Shown piece after piece: positions 36,672 through 47,760 of a stretch of 64,000 nt of DNA. Position 1 is the first letter of the stretch. Every line of letters begins with the position of its first letter. The notes below the pieces were generated by a model. It made no database searches, was not told where the DNA came from, and saw nothing but the letters and a program-made list of their open reading frames with translations. Source of the DNA: Fistulifera solaris (lineage: Eukaryota); contig AP026131.1 of assembly GCA_030295235.1 (NCBI GenBank), positions 868,001 to 932,000 of the forward strand, read 5' to 3'. A program made the position numbers and the translations under genes.

Positions 36672-39600
36672 ATGATATCGAAACAAGGCATCCTTTTGTG
36701 GCTTGGGTGCTCGGCACCGGCCTGGGGATGGCCGCAAATTCGATTCGCTCGACCGATGAGAGGGTCTCACATCGACTCATCAGCACCCTTGCAAGCATTA
36801 CAATATCGACAAGGCTCTGTCAGCGACGATGATTACTCGACGAATCCGCAAATCTTGTCCCAAGCGATCTTCCCCCAAATGGTTGACATATCTAATGGAA
36901 CGGACGAACACGGTGAAATTGCCGCAAACCCGGAAAATTTGCAGGATCAAAATCACCAGCATCCAGTACTGGGAGATTTGATCAATTTCGATGTTTCAAT
37001 CAAAACGACAAACAATCTACTAGATGAAGAAAACACAAAGAGCCAGCAGGAAAAATCACAATTCGCTGGAGATATCGATAACAAACTGAAACCAAAGGAA
37101 GAACAAGTTGACACTGAAATGAGTATCGGGGATCAAACTCTGAAGACGGAAATTAAAAGCCGCTTTGAACGTGTTGACTGGAAGGAGGAGACCAGTCAAA
37201 GGGTTGGTAGTGATAGAGAGCTAACTGAAAAGGACACAAGACTGGAGTTGAAGGGGGATGACGAGACGACTTCGTCGACGGATGAGGAAGCTTCAGTCGA
37301 CACATCGCCGTCTTCGGGTGCTAAATTATTTCATCGTGATATCATGACTCGATGGTCTGCGGTTAAGCTCGACGATCGTGTCGAGTCAAAGGAGAATGTG
37401 GTGTCGATGGAAAGCGAGAAGGAGGCTCTGGTCGTCAAACTTTCGAACGATAAATTCTTGAAAGACGTCATGAAACACAAAGTCTCTTTGGAAGATGATT
37501 CAAGTGCATCATTGTCCACATCTTCCGATTCTATCAGCGATGAAAAATCAGTAGACTCAATTGAACGACCGGGTATCCGCCTCGATAACGGAGTGCCGTT
37601 TTTCGTAGAAACTAGAGATGACTCCGTCTTCGATCCGAACGGGCCCGAGACGTCAGTGGAAGCAAACAGCTCTGAAGGAGAAGAATCATTCGAGATACGG
37701 CCTCGGGCTATTGACCAGGAAAGTAAAAACAATATCTTCGGCTGGCCCATTCCTTTAACATTTTTTGAGAACCTAAAAGATCAAATGCAGTTAGAGTCGG
37801 TCCACAACGTCAACAAGGATGCGGTTAAAGGAGCAGCTATAATGGGATTAATGCTCTCTACGGTAGCATCAGGTGGTTTGAATTTGATTGCGGGCGGATC
37901 CGCTGCTGCGCTGACGAGCGTCTTGGCACTCACCAAAGGCACGCCTGGTGAGATTGTACGAGTAACAGGTGACTCTTTATGGGACGTTGCTGTTTCTACC
38001 ATGGAAGCCGCAAAAACCCGTCAATCGTCAAGGGCGCGGCGTAAATCCCACATCGAACAAGATGAAAGTGCAGACAAAATTGAGACAGTAAAAAATCAAC
38101 AGATATCGCTTGTAAATCGCAGTGGAAATGCAATCAATTCCACGAATGAAGAGCCATTCCGAAGAAAACTCATGGCTTATAGATTTGCGCTGGAGGCAAA
38201 GGAGAGACAGAGAGTCATTACAGCATCTGAAAGAGAAAGTCTTGTGCCCTTCTTTCTAGGCGACGGTTATTTCGAAGATGTTCCAGGCATTCCCTCTCCG
38301 CGCAGGGCGGCCTCGCCATTGTTGTTACCAGTCTCAAAAACTAGCTCATCAGGCTCGAAGTCAGACGAGCGAGCATTGCCGCAAAGAACTATCAACTTTC
38401 AAGTCGCACTTGAGCGTTTAAAGAAACGGTTATCGCTTCAGCGTAAAGCTTTCTCACTCGAAGCGGAACTAGACGTCGACGACGACACCATTAAAGGCGC
38501 AGCCATATCAGGTCTGGTACTGGGAACTATCGGAAGTGGGGGATTTCATCTGCCAGTAAGTGCGGCTGCTGTTGCAGCCACGAGCTGCATGGCGATGACA
38601 AAAGGAGCGGTCGGTGAGGTATCAAGAGCAATTGGTGACTACGCATGGGAAGTGGTGCTATCTGCTAAAGAAGTGTTGACACCAGAGAGACAGCAAATTC
38701 TAAGAAAGGACTTCGCAGAAGGTTGGATGCAGTTCGGATTGACTTTAATGGAAGGCACCGTCTCAGTGGCTAACACCACTAAAGAGGCTCTTCATGAACA
38801 CGAGAAGAGAGTTGCGAAAATTGAATACGAGAGAAAAATGGCGATGCAGAAATTGCAACGATTAAAGAGAGAAGAAGTATTTCACCGAAACATGTTAAAC
38901 ATGAGATTGTCCTTGGAAAAGGCAAAACGATTACGTGCCGAAGAGACACGGCTTCACATTGAAGCCAATCAACGGATACTGCGAGACCGAAATCAAGTAA
39001 TGGCTCGAAGACAACTAATGAGTTACAGGTTTGCCTTAGAGGGTGCCCAGCGTGCCAAACGGGTGGAGGCTTCGAAAAAGGCAATACTTTTAGCTAAGCA
39101 AATTGAGCTTGAGAATATGAGGATAAACACGAGGAGAGAACAAATGGCATACAGGCTCAAGCTCGAGGAAGAACAACGGAAGTCTCGGCAGATGGCAGAA
39201 AAAGCAGAGCGAGAACGCATAAGGACGCAGTCACGCCAGGCAATAATGTCGCGCAGATTCAAACTCGAATGCGAGCAACGAGCAAAGCGATTCAAAGAAA
39301 TCGCACAGGCCCAGCGCTTGGCAGAAGAAGCTGAATGGGAGAAGAAAATTGTCAAGTCGAGACAAATAATGATGTCTTACAGATTTTCACTTGAAGATAG
39401 CCGACGCGCCAAGTCAACGAAAGAGTTAACAAGGTCGAAATTTTTGGTAGAAGATGCAGAGCGAGAGTCAATGGCGGTGCAAGCGAGACAAAAAATGATA
39501 GGCAGAGCAAATGTAGATCATGAGATTTATACCAAACCTTGTGACGAAATGCTAAGGAGCAGTGTTTTAGCGGAACAAAGAGAGCCAGAGCACATGGCTT

Positions 39601-40043
39601 TGAAAGCAAGACAAGAAATGTTGGCATTGCGATTGAAGCTCGAAGGTGAGCAACGCGTGAAGAGAAGTGAAGGGCCACAGAAAATCCAGTTGTCGGTTGG
39701 AAGCACCGAATTGGACGATGCTGTTCAGTCGCAAAAAGAAAGGATGATATACAGTTATGTAGTGAATCAGGAGCAACGTGGGACGCATCGTTTACCTAGA
39801 AGAGCAAGTACTTACGGAGAACCGGTTGACGATTCAAGCGAGGTTTCGTTTGTGCGGCGCAAAAGAACATCAGGCAATAGGTTTCGCAGTACAGTGACGA
39901 AACTTGCAACAGCTCTTATTCTGTCTTACGTCGGCTTTCTTTATGACTATGACCCACGGCCGACACCGTCACTTTACAATCCCGATTCATTTCGAGTACA
40001 AAAGCCTTACACGTTCCCCGTCTACCAATTTGAGATCCTTTGA
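36672..40043 (+). CDS. 1123-aa protein with signal peptide, a duplicated Gly-rich hydrophobic module and repeated helical motifs
   Basis: Uninterrupted ORF; two KGAAI.GL.L.T..SGG...TKG..GE..R..GD..W.V modules; seven R..(L/M)..R(F/L).LE repeats. Confidence 0.8.
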   Translation: MISKQGILLWLGCSAPAWGWPQIRFARPMRGSHIDSSAPLQALQYRQGSVSDDDYSTNPQILSQAIFPQMVDISNGTDEHGEIAANPENLQDQNHQHPVLGDLINFDVSIKTTNNLLDEENTKSQQEKSQFAGDIDNKLKPKEEQVDTEMSIGDQTLKTEIKSRFERVDWKEETSQRVGSDRELTEKDTRLELKGDDETTSSTDEEASVDTSPSSGAKLFHRDIMTRWSAVKLDDRVESKENVVSMESEKEALVVKLSNDKFLKDVMKHKVSLEDDSSASLSTSSDSISDEKSVDSIERPGIRLDNGVPFFVETRDDSVFDPNGPETSVEANSSEGEESFEIRPRAIDQESKNNIFGWPIPLTFFENLKDQMQLESVHNVNKDAVKGAAIMGLMLSTVASGGLNLIAGGSAAALTSVLALTKGTPGEIVRVTGDSLWDVAVSTMEAAKTRQSSRARRKSHIEQDESADKIETVKNQQISLVNRSGNAINSTNEEPFRRKLMAYRFALEAKERQRVITASERESLVPFFLGDGYFEDVPGIPSPRRAASPLLLPVSKTSSSGSKSDERALPQRTINFQVALERLKKRLSLQRKAFSLEAELDVDDDTIKGAAISGLVLGTIGSGGFHLPVSAAAVAATSCMAMTKGAVGEVSRAIGDYAWEVVLSAKEVLTPERQQILRKDFAEGWMQFGLTLMEGTVSVANTTKEALHEHEKRVAKIEYERKMAMQKLQRLKREEVFHRNMLNMRLSLEKAKRLRAEETRLHIEANQRILRDRNQVMARRQLMSYRFALEGAQRAKRVEASKKAILLAKQIELENMRINTRREQMAYRLKLEEEQRKSRQMAEKAERERIRTQSRQAIMSRRFKLECEQRAKRFKEIAQAQRLAEEAEWEKKIVKSRQIMMSYRFSLEDSRRAKSTKELTRSKFLVEDAERESMAVQARQKMIGRANVDHEIYTKPCDEMLRSSVLAEQREPEHMALKARQEMLALRLKLEGEQRVKRSEGPQKIQLSVGSTELDDAVQSQKERMIYSYVVNQEQRGTHRLPRRASTYGEPVDDSSEVSFVRRKRTSGNRFRSTVTKLATALILSYVGFLYDYDPRPTPSLYNPDSFRVQKPYTFPVYQFEIL

Positions 40044-40557
40044 ACGGGAGCAAGATCGTTCCAGCATAGTCCACGAAAAGCGCGATCATCAATGCGTCGA
40101 GAGGAGTTCCTTTTGATGTCGCTTTTGTCGCCTTGCTGTAGTACCGAACGGGTGCACATGTGTACGAAGATTAATTTCTGGTGACAAGCGTAAATGGGCA
40201 TGAAATGTAGAAAAGCGGTGTATAGAACGCATATTCCTGCCTTGCAGACGAAGATCAATGGACTATTTGGATGAGTGAAAGGATCCAATAGCTAGACTAT
40301 TATGATGTAGTAATGTATACTATTTAATAACCTGCAAGCTTGCAAGACGTGGCAATCAGCCAAAGATGTAGCTTGATCAGGCAATAGCTTGAGTCTGCAT
40401 TTGCTGATCGTTCTTTTGTGCATCGACTGACATCAGGTCCTCAATCTTAGTAATCGGTAAAACTCCTTCTTGAATTTAGGACAGCTCTGCGCTGCAAATT
40501 AATCGCCGGTTAGTACGATTCACAATCTGCGTTTTCAACGAGCTCATTCTGTATACT

Positions 40558-41456
40558 TCAACACACGACCGTTCGCCTGGTGTATACAGCTTTCTTTCGC
40601 ACACGAAGTATTTCTCGAATATTTCCCGCCCCCGTGTCGAACGATTGTACTACTTCGACAAGCAAGTTATACTTCTCACTCGCAGCCAGGAAAGCATCTG
40701 TACCACCACCTACCCCAAAAGTAAAATCGTTTTGTCGCCACCAAGGCACTCCCCGTATCGTTCAAGTGTCGACTCAGCAACAGCGCCGTCTCTTCGGCGG
40801 CTTGCTCAGAATACAACGTCTCGGCAGCCAAAACAAGATCGACCTGGCTAGGTAGTTGGAGACTCAACCAGTCGCCATGACCAAATTGAACATGATTGAG
40901 AACTGCGGTCACTATAGCGGATGGATTGTCGGGTTGCTCCATAGTACTAGCGGCGTTGAGAATCACGTTGGGTATGGTGGCTTGCTGTATAACAAAATCA
41001 TTGAAATCCGTCAAATACAAATGAAACGGCTCTTGCTTTTGTTGCAACGCCACACGCAATAGATAGCAAGCCGGTAAAGCATGTCCACAACCAATTTCGA
41101 GCACAGAGGAGTACTTGGGCTGTTCTTTGGCTAAAAAGTGCAGCAAATCCACGCTGCATTCCCATACTTTCATTCCGCCTTCGTAGACTTTGGGCATCAA
41201 GTCTGTCGTTTCCCAAACGGGGTTCGTTGATGATAACGTGTCTGCTTTGGTATCAATGCAGCGCAACGGAAGACTTTGTTCGGGAAGGACAAGTTCCGAG
41301 TACACCATGGCTTGCTGGACGCGGTTCGTCAACAGTTGCTCAAGGTCGGTGACCCATTGATGAGGGGGTCCGTCTTGACGTTGACAAGGAGTCGTCGTCA
41401 ATGTCGTGTTTTTTCTTTTCCTGTGGGGCGAAAAAGTCAAACGAAAACGAACTCAT
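40558..41456 (-). CDS. METTL18: Histidine protein methyltransferase 1 homolog; 2 frameshifts
   Basis: MSSFSFDFF start, DLMPKVYEGGMKVWECSVDL, VLEIGCGHALP, DFNDFVI...TIPN, DLVLAAETLYS. The C-terminus ATKRFYFGVGGG...NIREIL is restored by a frameshift near 40715. Confidence 0.9.
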
Positions 41457-41568
41457 CGTCTTTCTTTTCCTTCATAAGAATAAGAACGCAACTATTGAGA
41501 GGAAACTTTAGAATAAACACGTATCTATATTGTCGGCCTCACAATCTCACTTTTTGTTGCTTTATTGC

Positions 41569-41900
41569 TAGACCTCTGTCCGTTCTCCGTTTAACAGGGA
41601 ATTCCCAACTGGGATCCCTGTTAAATTCCCTTCCCAGTTCATTTTCCAAATTCCCTGTTCAACAGGGAATGAGTGTCTGGACGTCTGACCGGCACTCACA
41701 GGCCTTTATCCCTTTGTTTGCGCGGTAAATCAACAGAAAATCTCTAATCTAGAGCGTTAAGGATTAGGGACTGACTACTATATTTCGTACACGGGACTCA
41801 TTAATTCGAACAGGGAACGCTCCCAGTTCACTCCTTGTTCGATCAAAATCCCTGTTCACTCCCTCCCTGTTGGAGTGAACTGGGAACGGACAGAGGTCTA
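41569..41900. mobile_element. hAT-type MITE, 332 bp, 17-bp TIRs, 8-bp target-site duplication TTTATTGC
   Basis: TIRs TAGACCTCTGTCCGTTC (41569-41585) and GAACGGACAGAGGTCTA (41884-41900). TTTATTGC at 41561-41568 and 41901-41908. Subterminal CCCTGTT/AACAGGG and CCCAGTTCA repeats. Confidence 0.92.
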
Positions 41901-42514
41901 TTTATTGCGCACCTACTAGCACCTTCATTCACCGGAAATGCGCCAATCGATTAAGGAGCAGGATACTTATGCATCTCCGAGTACTACTGTATCTCTGTAC
42001 CTGCTACAAGTACTGTAGCCCAAAGTGTTCGTTACTATTTTTTATCCACGACTGCGATTCAGTCATGAATTTATTGCTCATTTCGGGACTGGAAGTTGAC
42101 TCAGTCTAGCCAAGACTACACTTTTCTCTATAGTATACCTTGATGCGAAGATGTTTTGCGATTTGCTGCATTATTGTTTATCTGGAATATAATCATGACG
42201 ATGAGCTTTGTTGCTTTTCGGAATTATTCATTCGACCAAAGTGTCCAAGTTGACAAACCGGCTACGTCTTGGGAGAGTTCGAGTTCAGGATGTGGTTGAA
42301 GAACGCGTTGGATATGGGAGGAAGAAAAGAAGGGCGGCGAATCCAGTGATGCCTCGTAAATTCAGACGAAGGAAATGAAACCATTCAACGGCTCGTTGCA
42401 AGTGATAACTAAAATGACTTCGGAATGAATTTTTTTCTTACTACTGTGATTTTTTAACTACGGAGTACATTCTTTGCAAATCTTCGCAATCATGAAAGAT
42501 GTGCAAGGAACAAC

Positions 42515-43600
42515 CTACGCCTGAGCGATTTCCGACTTGCTGCCAGCGTTGTGGACAAAGCGGAAGTTGCAATCGTGGACGTTGGCAAAGTTGGCCGATC
42601 CACTGTTTTTCAACTTCTGGCAGAGGGACTTTTCGAAAGCACCGTGCATGAACGCCAACTTCTCATCCGAGACGGCCGTCGCGAGCGCATCATCATCGTT
42701 GGGGCAGAGACGGCAATCAGGCTGCGTAATGGGAGTAACACGAGCGACCAACAACTTGGCTTCACTGACGGACATGACATCGTCATCGTTGGGGCACAAA
42801 CGGCAATCGGGCTGCGCCAAATGATTCGGCATATCAATATCCGCCACGCTGTGGAAGTTTCCGAGTCCGTATCCGACCGATGCAAAAGCCTCGTTGTACG
42901 CCAAGACGACACTCTGATCGACCAACTCCATGTCTTTCTCGGAGAGATCGTGAAGAGTTCCACGAAAGACCACTTGCGCTTCGGTGTTCTTGTTCAACTT
43001 GCCCTGGATCGGCAAACTGACATGGGGCTGACCGGGCATATCCAAGAACGAGAACGAGCAAGCATGCGCATGCGCAAAGTTGGCAGAACCCGAGTGGCGC
43101 AAAAGAGCGCAGAACTCATCTTCAAAGCTGCCATGAAACGCCTGGAGCTTTTGGGTACTTTTGAATGCGGCAACGATATCGTCATCGTTGGGGCACAAGC
43201 GGCAGTCCGGCTGCATCCATCCGACCTGAACGTAACCGAGGATCATCTGTCCGTTGGTTTCCTTGAGCGCCATCGTATCGTCGTCGTTGGGGCAGAGACG
43301 ACAGTCCGGTTGATTCAAGCCAACAAAATCGGGCACCGCCGCAGCTGACTCAGCTTTGAAGGTGTCCATGGTATATCCGGCCGCGTCGTAGACTTTGTTG
43401 TAAGCGGTCTTGATTGCCTTGCCGATGAGGATCATGTCGTCGGACGTAGCTTCGTGCTTCATACCATGAACCACCACACGGACATCGGCACTGTCGGACT
43501 TCTTGACACCGAAGAGCTGGTTGGCTGCGGCACGGAGGTTGAAATCGGCCGTGGCGCTGCCGAAGAAGAAAGAGGTCAATGCGAAGGAACTGAATTTCAT
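42515..43600 (-). CDS. Secreted two-domain protein with four identical QPDCRLCPNDDD motifs
   Basis: Signal peptide MKFSSFALTSFFFGSATA; two homologous halves. The ATG is directly preceded by TTTCAG, suggesting a 5'-UTR intron at ~43601-43695. Confidence 0.9.
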   Translation of the reverse strand: MKFSSFALTSFFFGSATADFNLRAAANQLFGVKKSDSADVRVVVHGMKHEATSDDMILIGKAIKTAYNKVYDAAGYTMDTFKAESAAAVPDFVGLNQPDCRLCPNDDDTMALKETNGQMILGYVQVGWMQPDCRLCPNDDDIVAAFKSTQKLQAFHGSFEDEFCALLRHSGSANFAHAHACSFSFLDMPGQPHVSLPIQGKLNKNTEAQVVFRGTLHDLSEKDMELVDQSVVLAYNEAFASVGYGLGNFHSVADIDMPNHLAQPDCRLCPNDDDVMSVSEAKLLVARVTPITQPDCRLCPNDDDALATAVSDEKLAFMHGAFEKSLCQKLKNSGSANFANVHDCNFRFVHNAGSKSEIAQA

Positions 43601-44310
43601 CTGAAATGAGATTTGGAGAAAATGAATGCTGATGTTTTTGGAAGCAAATGCAAAAAATTGTGAGCTCAATTGGACGAGAATGAAATGACTTTACGATTGC
43701 GCCGATGCCAATTACGAGTATTTCGGTTCACAGATATAAAAAGATCCCGTATGTTTTGAGTATCAAAGTTATACTATTTTTCTTGGGATTAGAAAAAAGT
43801 GAGGAAATCCGAATAAAGGAATACTAATTAGTCAAATTCATTGGACAAAAAGTTGTGAACCTTACGACGTGCTCTAACGTCATCCTCGATTACGACCACG
43901 GAGTTGACGCTGAAGTTGGATTGATGGTCATGTTTACGTAGTAACTTATTGTTTCGCTTTTATTTGTCCTTCTTTTGTGCTTTTAGCTTTTGTCCCGAAT
44001 CAAATCATCGAATTTGATTGAACAAAATTTTCGAAAGGCGAAAAGGGAATCTATGAATACCGACAAGGGATAGAATTATGCTTGATTAATGGTACTGTGT
44101 CGCCAAGAGTATGCTACCTTTTTCGACGACTGGATTGACATGAAGTCCCGCTTGTTTGCTTGATGTTGCGATGCGGGCATGACAATGATGATCGTTTAAC
44201 ATTCATTTGGCCTTTATTCTATCATTCGACCCACGGATGCTCTAATTACGAGCGTTTACATAAACTTACATCTACCTTACAAAGCAATTTAAGTATTCAT
44301 CGACGAAAAC

Positions 44311-46394
44311 ATGCCGATACCGCCTCCGACGACAGCCCCCACGACACCATCACGGGTGGCTCGAACGCTCTATCGACATTTACTGAAATGGTGTCGAGCC
44401 ACCGATCCCGCGCTTCCCTTGACACAGTGGCTACCGCCCATATATTTACGAGCCCCGGAAGAAGTCGAACCGTACCATCTCGAAATGTTAGCGACGACCG
44501 ACAACAACAACGACGCCGCCGTGCAGTTGGCGCGACAAACGCTACCGCACGCGCAGTTTCACAAACATCATCTAGTCGTTCCGATTACGCATTCGAGTGA
44601 CTTGCGGAATTTCTTTCGTGTTCTTTTTCGCATCAATGCGTACTTACCCGTCGAAGAAACGTATCAAAAGAAACGAATCGACAACGCTTTTCAGGCACTC
44701 AAATCACTCAATCAATTAACATCCGAGACGATCGCACCGTTTGCGCAACAACGTCGGATTGATCGTACCGGAGTACAGTTTTCGGTCGGACAAGTCGTAC
44801 GGCATCGCGAAAAACGATGGCGGGGCGTGATTGTGGGATGGGAGAAAGCGAATCATAGTGCCCCTCTTTCGTCCTTGACGACCAAGCAATATTCTTCTGA
44901 ACCGACCGTCACCTATCATGTATTAGTCGATGCCGGAGATGCCCACCAAATGAATCGAACAACCAAAGGTATTACTGTGGCTTTTCAAATAGAACAAGAA
45001 ACGAATCCCCTGTTGCAACGAATTCGGCACGAAATGGTGGATGACATGTTCGATGGATTTGAGCAAGGCGCTTTTGTTCCTCCCCCGCTCCTGGCGTACA
45101 CATATCCCAACGATGAAATTTCGCATATACCACCACGCAATTTGCCCCCAGATATCGAAAATTTGGCCAAGCAAATGGTGCAGGGAGTACAAGATTTTGC
45201 GAACGAGCTGGAACGGATCATGGAACAGCAAGCGGGGGTCCTTTGGATGGATTGCACTTGACGGCACTTGCCGCCGGCCACGTGGCTCCGACCAAAGTCG
45301 AGTTGTCGTTCGTGCAACAAGTGATTCAGGAGTCAGTGCATCCCATTACCATGCTGGCATTGCATGTCCGTGATTTGATTGCGTTTGTCGACCAATTGCA
45401 AGATGCCTTCACTCATCGGCAGCGCCCACATCCGCCGATTCACTTCCGTGTGGGCAACGTCATTCGACACAAAATCTTTGGGTACCGTGGAGTAGTAACG
45501 GGGTGGGACGATCGTCCCGTGGTGGATGTTTCGCGGTGGGATGGAATTCAAGCTTTAATACAACAAGGAAAAGATCCGAACGAAATGCCTTTTTATCATG
45601 TGGTACGGCATACCGAACACCATGAACGCGGCTTAGACACACCGGGAGCAGCGATGCGATATGTTTGCCAAGAAAATTTGGAAGTTTGTTACGAGATTGC
45701 CGATTTGGATGTTGATTTTGAAGATCCGGCGTGGAAGCGAGAAGGAGACGAGTTCATTCCCCCGCCACTGCTACAATTCAAATACAAACAGGAAACCGAC
45801 CCTTCGATTGAACGGTGTTTGACGCAAATGATGCAGTTCATCAATGAATGGCAAACTGATGCCGTCCGGAACACACTATCATCCGATTCGGTTGCAAAGG
45901 ATCTTTCTGTTGCGAATTTCATGACATGCCTAAAGTACTGCTCTAAGTTATCGGATGCCAGCACTCTCCAAGAAGCTATCCGCGAGATTCGACAAGCGAA
46001 TAAAAATATAGATTTGCGATGGAAACTGGCAGCAGCCTTGGACCAAACGCTTTCGGGAAAGACGGAAAATGCTCTTGAATTATTCAAAGAACTTGTCAAG
46101 GAGGATCCACTGTACGGAGAAGCCTGGAACAAACGTGCGACCTGCGAATTCATGCTAGGGATGTACGACGAAGCAGCTTTATCTTCCCAAAAAGTACTTG
46201 AACTGGAACCGAAGCATCTACCAGCTCTGAATGGACTTGGTCTAATACACTTTCAGCGTGCGCAATTTGACATGGCTGCTAAATGCTTTTCGCAAAGCAT
46301 CCAACTCGACCCCTGGTCACCAGTGGCTCCAAAACTATCGAGATGCCTTGATGTACTGAACAAACCCCAGCATCACGATGTTCTAGATGATTAA
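44311..46394 (+). CDS. Protein with two YccV/HspQ (hemimethylated-DNA-binding-like) domains and C-terminal TPRs; frameshift near 45250
   Basis: FSVGQVVRHREKRWRGVIVGWE and FRVGNVIRHKIFGYRGVVTGWD...PFYHV...YVCQENLE; TPRs EAWNKRAT..F.LG.YDEA and HLPALNGLGLI. Confidence 0.85.
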
Positions 46395-46435
46395 AAGCGT
46401 ACTGCAGCCTCTACACGCGTTGCTAAAAAATACTG

Positions 46436-47303
46436 CTTACACAAAATTGCTGTACGATGAAGTTCACCTTATCCAGAAATTCTGGATGGAGCACAGAATA
46501 TTTGTATGATTTACTGTATTAGGAAATCGTGTCTGTTTGCTGTATTGTGAAAAAAGTAAACCCAGAATATCTTTGTAGAGTTTGCGATGATGAAATACAT
46601 TTGGTCCAGAATTTCTGGACCATTCACACAGATTTTCTTTATGACGACGTACACAGTTTCCAGAATTTCTGGAACTTACACAAAATTGCTGTACAATGAA
46701 GTTCACCGTTTTCAGAAATACAGAAATAGCACAGAATATTTGAACGATTTATAATGAAAATAAACACAGAATATCTTTGTAGAGTTTGATGATGAAATAC
46801 ACTTGGTCCAGAATTTCTGGACCATTCACACAGATTTTCTGTATGACGACGTACACAGTTTTTAGAGTTTCTGAAACATACACAAAATTTCTGTACGATG
46901 AAGTTCACCGTCTCCAGAGATTCTGAAAGGAGCACAGAATATTTGTATGATTTATTATGGAAATAAACACAGAATATCTTCTGTAGGGTTTGAAATGATG
47001 AAATACACCTGGTCCAGAATTTCTGGACCGGTCACACAGATTTTCTGTATGACGAAGTACAACCTTTCAGAATTTCTGGAGCTTACACAAAAATGCTGTA
47101 CGATGAATAACATCGTCTCCAGAGATTTTGGTAGTCTAGGAGAACAGAGTGTCTGTATGATTTCGGAGGAAATAAACACAATTTTTTTGAAATAGGTCTA
47201 GGGTTTGAAAAATGATGAAATACACCTGGTCCAGAATTTCTGGACCATCCACACAGATTTTCTGCATTGTGAAGTATATTCTCCAGAATTTCTGGAACTG
47301 TCA
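46436..47303. repeat. Palindrome-core array, family 1, copy C (about 4 units of ~200-240 bp)
   Basis: The 9-1-9 palindrome GGTCCAGAATTTCTGGACC occurs at ~46603, 46806, 47011 and 47228, each after ATGATGAAATACA; additional degenerate cores. Confidence 0.92.
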
Positions 47304-47760
47304 TTTATCCAGGACAACTTGACAGAATCATGATCAAGTGATGACTTATTTTAAAATTTAACGAATCATTTTAAATTTCTTTTGTATACACATAGTGCTC
47401 GAAGCTTGTTCCAAGAGTGACAGCAGACAATTCAACGACACGAGTAAAGTCGCGATCATGAGTTTCGTGATTTATGACTAAGAAGCAGTCGTGGTTCGTG
47501 GTAAAGTTGAAATAATATCCGGGTACCCCCTCTGTCGATAAATTTCTCTACCAGGGCTACGTGAAAGCTACGTAGAGGTGAGCAGCCAGGTCCGCACGCA
47601 CGGAAATGCGGCGGAAAAAGCGGAAAAGATCGACGCAACACGCAACAGGGTTGTTGACGCCTGTTATTGCGTCGAGCAGATAATGTGGATGCGCCAGCGA
47701 GTCTTCCATTCACTACAAACTCATTTGCTGACTCGCATTTCCCGTCCAGTAGCCACAAAC

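Noticed and set aside
42551..43348. 265-aa plus-strand ORF and other long antisense ORFs
   Set aside because: These are shadows of codon-biased genes on the opposite strand.
46788..46875. C/D-box snoRNA (ATGATGA ... CTGA)
   Set aside because: CTGA is present in only one unit; sister units have CTGG. No terminal stem or recognisable guide.
46436..47303. CRISPR-like array (palindromic repeat with intervening sequence)
   Set aside because: Intervening sequences are ~190 bp and homologous to each other rather than unique spacers. No cas genes, and the context is eukaryotic.
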